63,733 nucleotides of DNA from Sphaerodactylus townsendi (Eukaryota): positions 140,616,268-140,680,000 of the forward strand of contig NC_059425.1 of NCBI RefSeq assembly GCF_021028975.2, given 5' to 3'. Position 1 is the first letter of the stretch; each line of letters begins with the position of its first letter. Shown here piece after piece: positions 38,591 through 51,771 of this stretch. The position numbers were made by a program, and so were the translations under genes. The notes beneath the pieces are model-generated. The model did no database searches. It was not told where the DNA came from and saw only the letters and a list, made by a program, of their open reading frames with translations.

Positions 38591-41196
38591 AGTGCTCCCA
38601 GACTCCATATTGCTGATAGGGGCTGTTTTTGTCAGCTGTAGAGCAGGTTTTCTTAACCCTCACCTCCCCAGATCTTGGGGATCTTAAATGTCAGTTGAAC
38701 TGGAAGGGTCTGGATTTTGGACCTGCTAGTTATGAAAAAATCCAGAATCAGCAGTGTGAGCAGTTGAGCTCTTGGAAACAGCCTCCCCCATATTTTTGTT
38801 TTTCTTCTTGTTAGTCTTTCTTCTGTTTCATTTTTTAATCTTTTCCTTTTTTAACTCTTTTATTTTTTAATAATAAAACTGGTTGCTTCCACTCTGGTTC
38901 ATCCTTTCTTGGCTACATTTAACAGGAAAACCATGCTGAGTCATCCAGGGGCAGATGCAACTCATCAGTGACTTTGCAGTGGTTTTGCCAACTGCTCACT
39001 ATAAGTGCTGGTTTCCTGGGCCTAACTTTTCCAGTGTCTCAAGGTCTGCCTTCTCCGACGCCAAGGAATATCACCAAGCCAGGAGTGAATCATCGTACCA
39101 CAATACCTGCACCACATCCTAATGCTGGTTTTGCATTCTGGGATGCAGAACTGAGGATGTGATGCACTGACGTTGGCTTGAAGCATCCCCTTTGCACCTG
39201 ATACACTCTCTACCTTGTCCTGCAGCATCCCCAGTCTGGGGCCATCTTTTCCTCATCCGAGAAGGCATCAGCAGACAAACCCACAACAGTCTCCAGGTTC
39301 AAATACCCACAGATCTATTAAGAATTAGACATATGGATTCTGAATAATTTCCAAATACACATCTCTATTATGATAATATACTATGAGATACAGAAAGTGA
39401 TAAATGTGGTATGTGGTTAACAATATTGGAAATCTAATTTACAGAAGGCAAAACAGTGGCATTAAAAAGAAAACCAGCAATCTGACTTCTGTTACTGAAG
39501 TGAGAAAATTACCATGCAGCATACTGTCATGTATGCAGTCATTGCCAGATGTTTGTTATTTTAAAGGATTACTCTTTATTCCAGAACCTCATGAAACATA
39601 ATGGATGTTCTTTATTTCAGTTGCCACATTGTTTCTTATTTTTAAACCTTTGATCCAGCAGTGTAACTTTAACTTATTCTTAAAAACAGAGATGGATAAA
39701 TGTATATTCTCTTCAGAACTAGACGGCTTGTGTAATACTTAAGCGATGCATTGTTTTTAATTATTACTCTTTTTCGGGGGTAGGATTGGGTGTTCTGTTT
39801 TGTTGCCATTTGATGCAGTAAATAAAGCTCTGAAAAAACAGATTTTCTAGGACAACCAGGGAAATACTGCAGTCATTTGAGTCAGCATCTGATTTAAATT
39901 TTCTTGAGCAGCTCTAAATCAATTGCCAATTAATAATCTGTCACAGTAAATATTTCCTGATAAGTCATTTAGTGAATCATCTGTCTATATGATTTGCATC
40001 TCACGCCTGGAGGAACTGTTGTACACCCCAGATTCTGCTTTTTGGAAACTTTATGTTAAGATATAGAACATTTGCACCGATCCTCTTCAATGAAATATAA
40101 ATCACACCCTGCCCCATACACACATAATATAAAATTCACAAAACTTTCAAAATCCCAGAACAAATTAACAGAATGCTGTGTTTGTATCCAACCCTGGAAT
40201 ATATGATCTTCTTTAATTGCCCAGGTCTGGGGGGCAAAGGAATCATTGGTCTACGGAGTAGTAATGATTGGAAATCCTTTCACCAATGGGAACAGCAGAC
40301 TCTATCAAAAGAGAATGCCAGCATATTTCTTCCAGTGCCAGCACAGTATGAATATGCTGGTGTTATAGTGCTTCTAAATGCTTATTTGGTGGCACAGTCA
40401 GTGTTAGCCTGAAATCCTAACAACATTGTCCAGGGGTTCATCTTTATCAAGTAGACTAGAGTACGATTCAGAATAAACTTGCTTAAAATTGCTTTGTTAG
40501 AGGACCAAAGTATAACTACAGCTAAAATGTAACACCTTATTTTAGTGCTTTCCAAATACTGTATTGTAAAACCTAGAGTTTCTTAGAAATTTTTCTGAGA
40601 AAATCCAAAATGGCAGAAATACTCACTAGGGATGCTTAAGCATTTGCCACTTTGGCTAACATTCAGCTTCCTATTAACAACCCAGGGAGCCATTTTATCT
40701 GTTTCTGAGTACCTTGAACCTGCGTACAATATTCAGTGCAGTAACAACACTTTATGAATGCATATTCTCATTCAGCTCCATGGGACTCCTGGTTCCCCCT
40801 TCCCCCAACACTCACTTGTTATTGGCCGCATAGCTAATTGTTTAAATAAAAAGTGAGCAAACCAGTCAGTTATTAAAAATATTTTTGAAGTATTACCACT
40901 TGGTGTGGTTTAAATCATGCTATTGCCCTTTTAAAAACAGCTCCAGATGATTCATAGGTGATTTCCGCACAGAAATAAAACCTCTTTAGGATTTTTTAAA
41001 ATAAAATTAAACATTACAGTATTATAAAAAGAAGAAAAGGGCTATATAAGCCAACAAAAGAAAAAATGTACATTTGTGGGAGGTTGACCTCACCTTTGTT
41101 ATGTCTTAAACAGAAGTAGATATATAACATTACATCCATCCACAAGTGAAAGTAATCTTAATCAACTTATATTGCTACTTATACCTAGTTTTCCTA

Positions 41197-41325
41197 GGCT
41201 GGTTCCGCATGGGCCAAAAACAGCGGTGTGAAAATGGTGTAAAAGGGTTTAAAGCAGTGTAAAAGGGTTTATACCGTTTTCACACCATTTTCACACCACT
41301 GTTTTTGGCCAATGCAGAACCAGCC
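41197..41325. mobile_element. PIF/Harbinger-type palindromic MITE
   Basis: TIR GGCTGGTTCCGCAT; 3-bp TSD CTA. Confidence 0.85.
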
Positions 41326-41342
41326 CTAGAAAGAGAAACTTA

Positions 41343-41483
41343 GGCCCCTTCCGCACACACAGAATAATGTGTTTTCAAACCACTTTCACAACTGTTTGCA
41401 AGTGTGTTTTGCTATTCCGCACAGCTTCAAAGAGCATTGAAAGCAGTTTGAAAGTGCATTATTCTGCATGTGCGGAAGGAGCC
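41343..41483. mobile_element. PIF/Harbinger-type MITE (decayed copies near 3440, 13190, 30000, 37100, 38500)
   Basis: TIR GGCCCCTTCCGCAC / GTGCGGAAGGAGCC; TSD TTA. Confidence 0.85.
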
Positions 41484-41673
41484 TTAGTCAAAACATTATT
41501 TTTCTGAGTTAAATCCATAGAGAGGTTTTACATAAAATTCTATTAATATAGGACTCTATATGCCAATAAAGGCTTGCTTGCTATTAATATAGGACTCGTA
41601 CCTTAACTGACATTATTTACTGAGTCTGTAAGGCCTATTTTACAAGTTATTCCAATAAAGGTTTCCATGTATC

Positions 41674-42129
41674 TGTTGGAATAAGCGACTTCTGCATGCC
41701 TGGACACTGGGGGGTGCTGTGTATCTCACTCTAACTGTGATGTTGCCTCTCTTGTTTCCCCTCCTTGTCTGGGCCAGGAGACCGCCCACTAACTTCCTTT
41801 CTTCCCCATGCTAGCTTCACTTCTGCTCTAGCCTTTGAACCGAGCGCATGGTCAATGGCAGCCTGCTCAGTGGGGCCTTTCCCACTGCAGCATCCACTCA
41901 CTTCCACACACGTGATGGCGCGTTAGTTGTGCCCACTTGTCATAGGGAAAGTAATCTCTTTAGATAGGGTTCTTTCTATTTACCTTTTCTTGGAACAAAG
42001 TTGTGAACTGAAGATGATTGAATAAATGTAAGTTTTACCTTTTACATTTATGTCTCTGGAGAAGTTTCTAAAAACTGCATTCACACACACACTACTGGAC
42101 ATATCCATGACTCTAAACGAAATCTAACA
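41674..42129 (+). mobile_element. Solo LTR, 456 bp
   Basis: TGTT...AACA termini, exact 5-bp TSD GTATC, AATAAA at 42021. Confidence 0.8.
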
Positions 42130-42653
42130 GTATCATCATAACATTCTAAGCTATCCTTAGCCAATTAAAAAGTTCTAAACTCTTGTGCTTTAATTAATCA
42201 ATCTTCTATAGTTGGAACTTCTTTTCTTCTCCAATACCTGGCAACCCCAAACCTTGCTGTTAAATGAATCTTTTATATTTTGAAGTGTATTATCAAGTCA
42301 AATCAAGAATCTTTAATGGCATACAGAAGTGTCTTATCTTTGGAGTGCAGGAATCCTAAGAAGTAAGTTTGAAGTAATTTACATTTACATTTAAGTATTA
42401 ATTGCATTGTCATGTGTACTTTCCCCAAGAAATATTCTATTTTTTTACAGGACCACCAGTGATAAAAGGAGTGATAAAAGGAGCCCAGTGATAAAAGGAG
42501 CCCACCTTTACTTCACATTTCCAGCAGAATGAGAAGTAGGATTGGTTAATTTTGGAAATTGATAAGGGTGCTGGATACCATCTATATAACATCTTTAAAT
42601 TATTTTCTCTTATTTATGTTGAAAAGGTAAGTTTATAAATATTTTTCCAACAG

Positions 42654-43340
42654 GTCTCCTGTCTTTGTAACTCAATGGCACGCTGAACCAGATGTTAAAA
42701 ACATATGTGGTAAACAATCCAAACGACTGGGACCAGCAGCTACAACATCTGCTGTCCACCTACCGAAGGGCTCCACAGGACAGTTCTGGCCTTAGTCCGG
42801 TTGAATTCCTTTATGGATGGCACATGAGAGGACCCTGGACATCCTGAAGGAAGTGTGGATCGGACGAGAGAAAATCAAGAGCCAAGATGTCATCACTTAC
42901 CTGCAAGAGCATCTGAAAGATCTGCAAGCTGCTGCCACAGAGAACATGCAACATGCACAAGCAAAACAAAAGACTTGATACAATGCCAAGGCAAGAGACA
43001 GACATTTCAAGCCTGGAGACCAAGTGCTGAAGCCAAAATGGAAGCACAAGCTGGAAGTCGCCTGGGAAGGACCCTACAAGATCATCAGGCAAGTTTCAAA
43101 TGTGAACTATGTGGTAAGTGTGGGAGGGAAGTGTAAACTTTTCCATGTAAATATGCTTAAACCCTACTGGGATAGAAGTAAGTTGGTCCTCATGACCACT
43201 GCTGGGGCAGAAATTGGTTTGGAATTGTCGGGTTTGTGAAGAGTGTCTAAGGGGAGCACTGTAAATGAGGTTTATCTAGAGCCAACCCTGACAAAAGATC
43301 AGAGATGCCAGGCCAAAACTGTGTTGGTAGAATACCAGAC
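42654..43340 (+). mobile_element. Ty3/Gypsy integrase C-terminal fragment (Gmr1-like), pseudogenised
   Basis: NGTLNQMLKTYV..DWDQQL..LLSTYR..GLSPVEFLYG; FKPGDQVL; KLEVAWEGPYKI..FHVNMLKPY (GPY/F motif). Confidence 0.88.
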
Positions 43341-43347
43341 AGAGTAT

Positions 43348-43487
43348 GGCTGATTCCGCATGGGCCAAAAATAGCGGTGTGAAAACGGTGTGAAAATGGT
43401 GTAAAAGGGTTTAAAACAGTGTAAAAGGATTTATACCATTTTCACACTGTTTTCACACCACTGTTTTTGGCCCATGCGGAATCAGCC
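43348..43487. mobile_element. PIF/Harbinger-type palindromic MITE (family of 41197-41325)
   Basis: TIR GGCTGATTCCGCATGGGCCAAAAA; TSD TAT. Confidence 0.88.
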
Positions 43488-43836
43488 TATGTGATTGTAG
43501 TTGAGAGTGCTGCTTTCTAAACTGCAAATGAGCATGCAAAATTGTACAAATGCTATTAAGTTCAATTGCATACAATACCACACTTTCATTTTGAGATAAA
43601 TTATGTTATGTCTACTAATATACATGAAAGTGCCATAGCATTACTGGGTCACTGGTCATCTACCGAGGCACCCATGCCTCCCTCTTGGGGGGGGGGAGGG
43701 AATCTTGAAATTAGGATGTTGGACCCACTCTTATTTCATTTTCCTGATAATTATTAATTACTGCTGCTTTTAATGTTTTAACTATTCTGTACTGTTGCTT
43801 TTGTTTGTTGTGTACCGCCCAGAGCCCTTCGGGGAT

Positions 43837-43964
43837 NNNNNNNNNNNNNNNNNNNNNNNNNNNNNNNNNNNNNNNNNNNNNNNNNNNNNNNNNNNNNNNN
43901 NNNNNNNNNNNNNNNNNNNNNNNNNNNNNNNNNNNNNNNNNNNNNNNNNNNNNNNNNNNNNNNN
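43837..43964. other. Assembly gap
   Basis: Run of N. Confidence 0.99.
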
Positions 43965-45242
43965 CACACCTATTAAGACTTGCCAAAGAACTGAAAGTAA
44001 ACTGTAAGTAAACCACATCCTTTAAAAATTAGGCAGATATTTTTAATTATCCTTCCAACAGATAAAAGATACACCAATGTAATCACCGTAGCTGATGGTT
44101 GTCTCTTCAGATGCGGTTTTGGTGGAATCTTGGAAGGCATTTGACAATTACAGAGATAAAGTGTTTTTGAATGACACAACATTTTCCCTTTGGGGGCAAT
44201 GAGAACATCCTTGTATTTCATCTTGGATTGAAAATGGATTATTGATTTATGAAAAACTGAGGATGTGGTTAGTGGGAAGCTCCTAATGGAATAACCTTTA
44301 CAGAATATCATTCTCAGTTTTAGTCCAACTCAACAATCTGACATTTATCGTATTAGGCAAGGAGGGCTGAGAACAAACTCACCACCAGCATTCCATATGA
44401 ATTCACTTAGTACTTAATTGCTTACAAAAGTTACAAGATGTAGAAAGATTATGTTTACTATTCAAGTGCCTCAGCTCTGGGAACATGATATGCATTGTGA
44501 TCTTGTGCAGAGGTCCTCCAATCTGTTGCGTTAGATCAGGGTGATTTTAAATATGATTGCACTGGTTGAAGCTTGTTATGTAAAAGTTATGTAACTTTTT
44601 AAAAAGAAGTAATCTTTCATATGCAGATTTTATAAGATATCCCTCTGCACCAACTATTGTCCTCAGGTCTCCAATAGTGAACTGCTCCTTCATTTATGGT
44701 TACCTATCCTGCCTGGCATCCAAAGCAACCAATATTTTTACCATAGTAGCTCCTGTTTTATGGAACAGGTTTTTGAAGAGATATGGATGGCATATTTAGA
44801 TTGTTAGGAGGCAGTGCAAGGCGATTTGGGCAGTGAGCTATATGGCATCTCATCTCTACTGAACTGCCCTCCCAAAACTTCCCACTTCCAAAATCACTCC
44901 CAAAATATCCAGAAATTTACAAACCTGGAGTTGGCAACCCTAGAAAAGTTTTCTTTGGGGGAGGGGAATGGATGGAACCAGTTTTTCTTTCTTAGCCAGA
45001 TGTTATCTTTGTCAGCTACACTCAATCTAATGCTGTATCCTAAAAGTGACCTCATGCAAGTCAGAGAGCCATATGAGACTATTTGCAAAAATCCATCTAT
45101 CCATCCATCCATCCTGAAACATGCTGAGATTCAGGGCTGTATTTTAGCCCCCTTCTTGTTCAACATATTTTATATGATCCACCATTGGCACTCTCAGAAG
45201 TTAATGGTCATAGTCCCAGACTAGGTCCCTCCCACATTCCCA

Positions 45243-45313
<71 letters not shown>
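45243..45313. repeat. (TAC)n microsatellite
   Basis: Seen directly. Confidence 0.95.
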
Positions 45314-45314
45314 T

Positions 45315-45975
45315 AATTATTATATTACATTTATAACCCGCCCTCCCCCTAAGGCAGGGGTAGGGAATCTGCGGCTCTCCAGATGTTCAGGAACTACAAT
45401 TCCCATCAGCCCCTACCAGCATGGCCAATTGGCCATGCTGACAGAGGCTGATGGGAATTGTAGTTCCTGAACATCTGGAGAGCCGCAGGTTCCCTACCCC
45501 TGCCCTAAGGGCTCAGGGCGATGAACAACAGAAAAAAAACAAAATTGTAAGCATAATGACAATATAAACAAATAAAACAATTTCAGCATATATACAATAA
45601 AACCAGGAACCATAAAACCACTGATGGCAACAGATATCTCTCGCCCCTGCACCCACGGGAGGCCAGATGAATTGGGTGTGATGGATTCAGCTAGGCTGCC
45701 CAAACGCCTGGCAGAACAGGTCCGTCTTGCAGGCCCTGCGGAAACTCTGCAAGTCCCGCAGGGCCCTGGTCTCTCTCGGGAGCCTGTTCCACCACGAAGG
45801 GGCCAGGGCCGTAAAAGCCCTGGCCCTTGTAGAGGCCAGCCTAATCACTTTCGGGCCAGGGATCACCAATAGGTCCTCCTCCAAGGAGCGGAGGGGCCTA
45901 GCGGGGCAGTATGGGGAGAGGCAGTCCTTCAGGTATACAGGTCCAAGGCCGTGAATGGCCTTAAAGGCCAAGACT
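45315..45975 (-). mobile_element. L2 LINE 3' end
   Basis: FKAIHGLGPVYLKDCLSPY..RAFTALAPSWWNRLP..FRRACKTDLFCQAF plus GGGAGGGCGGGTTATAAAT tail. Confidence 0.88.
45355..45502. mobile_element. Near-perfect palindromic hAT MITE, 148 bp
   Basis: The whole element is an inverted repeat; exact 8-bp TSD CCCTAAGG; inserted in an L2 tail. Confidence 0.92.
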
Positions 45976-46742
45976 CTACAGATAACATAAAATTTATCAG
46001 CATGGTGAAAACCAAAGCTGAATGGGAAGAACTCTAGGAGGATCTCCACAAATGGAGTCAGTGGGCAACAATGTGGCAAATGAAGTTCATGGTGATGAAC
46101 AATGGAACAAAAAAAATCCAAAGTTTAAGTATATGCTTATCAAGTCTGAACTTAGTGAGACTGAGGTCTACTCTACACGGGCCCAGGGAGTGGCAGAGCA
46201 TTGGTGTACATGACACCGGTGCGGCCCCAGGGCTGTTCACACGCTTACGTGCAAGCGGCCCTGGAGCAGCAGAGGCCCACTGCAGAGCTACTTAGGGAAG
46301 GGAAGGGAAGTTTGAAAGAAAAACGGCAGCACCTAAAAGCAGCGTAACCGATCTGATGCCGTTCACGTGTGTTTCCCCAAAGACTTGCTAGTTTAGCAAA
46401 TTACGGAAACACCATTGTCCCACCAGTTGGAGTGAGAAAACACAGTGCTGCCCGGTTTCAGTGGCAGCAGCCGTGCGAAGTTCTCCCCCCAACCGGTGTT
46501 TTTATTGCCCCTGCACCAGCATTTTTGGCCCATGCAGAGTGAGCCTGAGAGGGAAGGATACCTTGGCATCATAGTAGGTAGCTCAATGAAAGTGCTACCC
46601 CAGTGTGCTGCAGCAGTGAAAAAGGCAAACTCTGTGTTGAGGATTATTAGGAATGGCAGTGAAAATAAAACAGCAAATAATATAATACCCCTGTACAGAT
46701 CTATGGTGTCATCTCATTTGGAATACTGTGTGCAGTTCTGGG
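45976..46742 (+). mobile_element. Degenerate CR1 RT fragment split by a MITE
   Basis: WATMWQMKF; LGIIVGSSMK..QCAAAVKKANSVL..HLEYCVQFW. Confidence 0.85.
46165..46545. mobile_element. Harbinger-type MITE
   Basis: Imperfect TIR GGTCTACTCTACACGGGCC / GGCCCATGCAGAGTGAGCC; TSD TGA; CR1 sequence resumes across it. Confidence 0.7.
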
Positions 46743-49078
46743 GACTGATTAGACAAGATGTAATGTCTGACATTCCATGCAATGTTATGCTGGTCTGTGA
46801 CTGTATTAATAAACTGAGATTAAACAAGATGATAAACATCAGTAATGGTGCGGGGAACCCACACCTTCAAAATTGTGAGGAGGAAATGGAGCACATAAGT
46901 GGCAGCAAGAGAGCTTCATAGATCTTTCTCTTTCACCCAGAGCGCTTCTGTGAGAAGAAGAGGTCTGTGAGGGGCAGACTTTTTGTCTTAATACTGGTTC
47001 CATGTGTCTGCCAAGGAGATATGTCTGCCGAAGACTGGAAGACCAGTTCGGGAAATGGATTTGGTTCACCTGTTGCTAAAGTCCCGTGGACCAAGTTTAA
47101 CAGATCCCAGGACTGGTTCAATTTTGTTCATGACAGATGAATATAATGTGTTCAATATATCCACTCAAAAATTTGCAGCATCCCTAGTTACAGTGAGTAT
47201 GGTATATTTTACACAAATGTCAATAGGAGACTCCTTAAATTATATTTTCTCCTTTGCCTATATCCCAGTACTAGACTTCTGTTTAAAAGTAGTTTTAAAA
47301 ATAGTTTTCAAAAATGTTCTAAAACTCCATGGTAGATTTCTTAAAATGAAGATAAGTGCTCCTTGGGAACGAAGATGAGATCACCAAAACTGCTTGACCT
47401 TGACATAAGTAAAAAACATATAATTTGCATACCCACAGGAGAAATCTAGTTTCACATCTTAAGCACAATATTTATGCAGTTCTCCATAAATGGTATTACA
47501 GTTTATATCAGACAATCATCATAAACAAGTCAATGTAAAAGATTTTCCAGGCTCTCCTCAAGACAAGAGAGGCTTTTATTGGTTAGCATTAGACAATATT
47601 TTTCATAAACTTTGCAAAACAATAGCTTTCAAACAGTAGCAGAAACCTCTTCGGCCTATTTTTGATATAGCATTCTCAGTTTTTTCCCCCAGTTCTGTGC
47701 CTTATTGATAGATATGAAAAAGCAGGAGACCTAGGACAATTGATGTAGCATTTTAAAAGATATTTCTTAAGTACCAGTATCTCTGGTGACAGAACTTGGG
47801 AATTATACCTGGTGACTAGGGTTGCAGGCCAATGGTGGCAACCAGTAGGAGTCTGAGTGGGGATATGGGGAGTGCTGTCAGGTGATTGAGTTACATCATT
47901 TCTGGGGAAAACCCAGAAGTGACATCACATTACTCTAGGAATCACTGGATTTCCACATTGAGATTTTTCCTAATAATGACAAAACGTATCATTTGAAAGA
48001 GATTTCTTTTTTTTTTCTTGTGGGTCACTGGAGTGCTGGTGGACAATGGGAGTGAGATATCCTACTCCCAGTGGACAAGCCTAATGGTGACTGAAACACA
48101 ATATTGAATCCATGGCATCATGCAATTACTCCAATTGAATGGCATTCTCATTTTCAGAAAAGTGGCTGGTAGAGATGGCAATTTCTAGTAGCTGGAGATC
48201 ACCTACTATTTACATTTTATCTGCTTATAGTTTCCAAATGACCAATATTCCAGTTTCCCTGGAAAAATGGCTTCTTTGGATGGTGGGCTCTGTGATATTA
48301 TATCTTTCTGAGGTCCTTTTCCTCCCCAAACCCCATCCTTCCTTACCTCGTCTACCAAAATGGCCAGGTATTTTTCAATCCAGAGATGGCAACCCAAGTC
48401 TTAGTGCTGACCCCAACTGTGTCCTGAGGGACTGCTGAACCTTGGGAAGAAAATATCAGGGGATTTAAGAAAATACAGCAAGAAGGGAAAGTGAGAAAGT
48501 CCTGCCCTGTCAATCCTATGGATGGCATTTGTTTTTGTGTTAATTTAGTAAGTATACAGGCCTATAGCCATGAGGGGCCCCAAGTTGGCAACCTGTTCCT
48601 TTGAATGCAACCCCAGCCAAAACAGGGGATAACCGGGAGATAACCAGGGTATATTCCTGGTTCAGACCTTCCTCTTCCCAGTAGCACCTCAATTTTTTCA
48701 TCAATAATTTTGTCAGCTGCTAGCACCTCAGATTTGTCACCATCCCCAAACTGCCCCCAGGCACCTGCTTATAGTTTCCCAAGCCTTCCTGAAATTTGTT
48801 GGTAGTGCAAGATAGAGCTGAGTGTCATCTGCATATTGGTGGCAATTGTTGAACAGAAAGCCCTTGTGCTGACAACAAACCAGCTCCAAATACTTGGAGG
48901 TGCAGGGAGGGAGTTAAGGTTTCCCTCCTGCACTGTTTCCACCAGTTTAAGTAGTTATGGGGGATACCTGTTTCCAGCACAAAAATGGCGCAAGAAGGAA
49001 GCCCTCCCTCATCCTCTCAGTGTTTGGAGGATTAGAGAGAGGTTTTAAGGTTAGTTCCCCAGCTGATGGTATGATTGA

Positions 49079-49106
49079 GGGTTGGGTTGGGTTGGGTTGG
49101 GTTGGG
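49079..49106 (+). repeat. (GGGTT)n, G-quadruplex-capable
   Basis: Six GGG tracts with TT spacers. Confidence 0.85.
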
Positions 49107-50744
49107 CATCCATGACCTGACTCATGTCCCACATAATGTGTCTTTTGGTCATAAATACCAAAGAATATGGATATTAGGCAGAACTGATTATCTCTGCAAG
49201 TGTTACAGTCTCCCAAAATGAGAGTTTGGTACTTTTAAGTGGCAGATGTTCCTTTTATTAACAATCACACCCTGGATCATCACAACATCATATAAAGATG
49301 CTAAAGACTTTTTTAAAAAAATGTATCGTTAGACTATAAATTGGAAAAATAACTCACTGCTCCTGTATTATTATACTTTTCATAAACTAAAACAATAAAA
49401 AGAAATATTTTCTGAATGCTGGATTTTTTAGTTGCCTCCAAACTGCCAGAAATGAGCACCCTCTAATTCAGACATGACAAAATGCCATATTTTGCTTTTT
49501 TCTTTTAACAAAAACAATGTTGTGGGCAGCCATGTGTGAAAGCTATTTATTATATTAAGCAGGTTATAGAAGAAGGAAAGAGACAAGGGGAAAAAATGTA
49601 TCCAAGAAGAAAATAGACACGTGGAGAGAATTTGTCTTGTGCCTGGTCTTAGGGCACAGACAGACATTCTTCTTTTTAAATGCTATGTTTATGCAATATC
49701 TATTAACATCACACAGAAAAGTGACAAACTTTTTGGGGGATACATTCTGCTTATTTTATTCATTATTTTTTCACAATCTTGCATATATTGCTAGTTGGTA
49801 AAATACTTAGGCTATCATTAGTAGACTTCAGCTTTTAGCTGAATTATGGCCTAAGAATTGTGCAGTGCATTTCCCATCTGAAATCAACAGCTTGGAGTAT
49901 CTTATTTGGTTTCCATGGGAATACTTCCAGAATTACCAAGAATGGATTAAAATCTGGCAAGGCATCAAAAGGTTCCAGGGTTAAGCTCAGTCTTGTGGTA
50001 AAAATGCATGGTACGAAGGAATAATTGTTTGTATTTTTTTTAACTGATGGTTTTGTGGGCAAGGCATACAACCATAAACAGTTCTCTAAAAGTAATTTAC
50101 AATCTTGTGTTGTAAACTCTCATGAATGAATAAAGAATAGATGAAGGAATGAGTTTACAGTTTAGAATGGGTATGCCTCTGATCTGTCTTAAAAACTTTT
50201 TACATTACCACCCAATCATCAGAGTTTTACCAAATCTTTAAGGACTTTTTGATATATCGTGGAGCAGTGTCCGTACAATACATTCCTAACCAGATTTACA
50301 CTCTTCTAAGGCCATTGGGGTCAACAAGTCCATTGACTTTAATGGATAGCAGGGTATAATAGAGCATATTTTGTTAAGGACTGCACTTCTGGTCTCCCAT
50401 TTATAGACCTCTTCAATCTTAGGACATATTCAGTTGTATTCAGTGGTAATTTCTATTGATGGAAAGGATGCTCATGCAACGGAGTTCAAAGAGTAAGCTG
50501 GAGCATGAGAAAGTTCTGGAACCCATATTTTGTGAGGCAAGTTACGACAGAATGATCATCTTTGAACAGAATCCAGGTTTCACAAATTTTAAACATAATT
50601 AAAATAAAAAATTATTTTGCATTATGTTTTAACTGAGCGATTATCATAACCATGTTCATTATAAAGTTGGGGGTGGGGGCAGTGTACTGTGCTAGGAAGA
50701 ATGAAGTTGCTGCATTCAAACATTCAAACATTATGTGAACCTCA

Positions 50745-50950
50745 GATCATGAAGGGCTTTAAAGGTAAACATCAACATTTGGAATTGGACCAGGAAACTA
50801 ATCAGCAGCCATGAAGATCCTCAAAATAGGAATGATGTGGCCCCATCAGTTAGTCCTCAGATAAAAAGGCTGCTGAATTTTGCACCACCTATAGTTTCCA
50901 TAGATTGTCTTTAAGAGAAACCCCATACAGAATACTTTACAGCAATTATG
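50745..50950 (-). mobile_element. Old L2 ORF2 fragment
   Basis: Decayed LYGVSLKDNLWKL.VVQNSAA and LMFTFKALHD motifs. Confidence 0.6.
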
Positions 50951-51339
50951 TTTGTAAACAAATATAAAATAGAGACACAAACTACAACAGTGTACCAAAA
51001 CTTTTTTAAATTGCCAGCAGAATTAATTAAAAGGGTGGCCTACTTCTCCAGTAGTATAACAGGCCTTGGCTAATCCATGTTGTCCATTCTTTCTTGGTTT
51101 GTACTCTATAAAGTGAAATTCCTAAGCAGAATATTTTGTTTTGTTAGCTAAAGTTAGATCTTGAATGGAAGCCGAATATTTTGTTCTTGATTTTCCATTC
51201 ATAATAATAATTCATTGCTATAAAATACCCCAAATACTTCTACTTATCATTAATAAAACCCTAGGAAGCATATTAAACTTCTTCAAAAGTATTCACTGGG
51301 GAAAATTTAGTTCCTTCTTGCTCTTTCCAGACAAACTAA

Positions 51340-51771
51340 GGCCGTTTCCGCACGGGCAAAATATGACGTCGTCGCAACGGAAAAAGAAGCGTCAGAGCGA
51401 GAGCGTTCGCACGCGCAGCGGCGGAGGTGCGCAGTCGCGCCGTCGCGAAAACGCTAAACCGGCGCGAAGACAGTGTATTCAGAAAACGCTTAAAACCACT
51501 CTTTTTCCCCATGTGACGCATCGACGCCGCACTCGTGCGAACAGCCGCCACGGAGCTGTCGTCACAAATGGCGTCGGGCCTGCACGGCTTCGCAAGTGCG
51601 CAGGCGCAACGTCGCGAGACGCCGCTTCCGCAGCGCTTCCGTGCGAACCGTCACATTTCTGCGGGGCTGCGGACGCCCGCAGCTCCGCCTGTCTGTGTGA
51701 ACGCTTTTTTTGGGATGCGTCGCAATTTGCGACGTCATCGCGTCGCTGCTTTTGGCCGTGCGGAAACGGCC
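51340..51771. mobile_element. Young CpG-rich Harbinger-type MITE
   Basis: Perfect TIR GGCCGTTTCCGCACGG; TSD TAA. Confidence 0.92.

Noticed and set aside
41221-43470. GGTGTGAAAA/GGTGTAAAA short repeats resembling a CRISPR or telomeric array
   Set aside because: Internal repeats of two palindromic MITEs; no unique spacers
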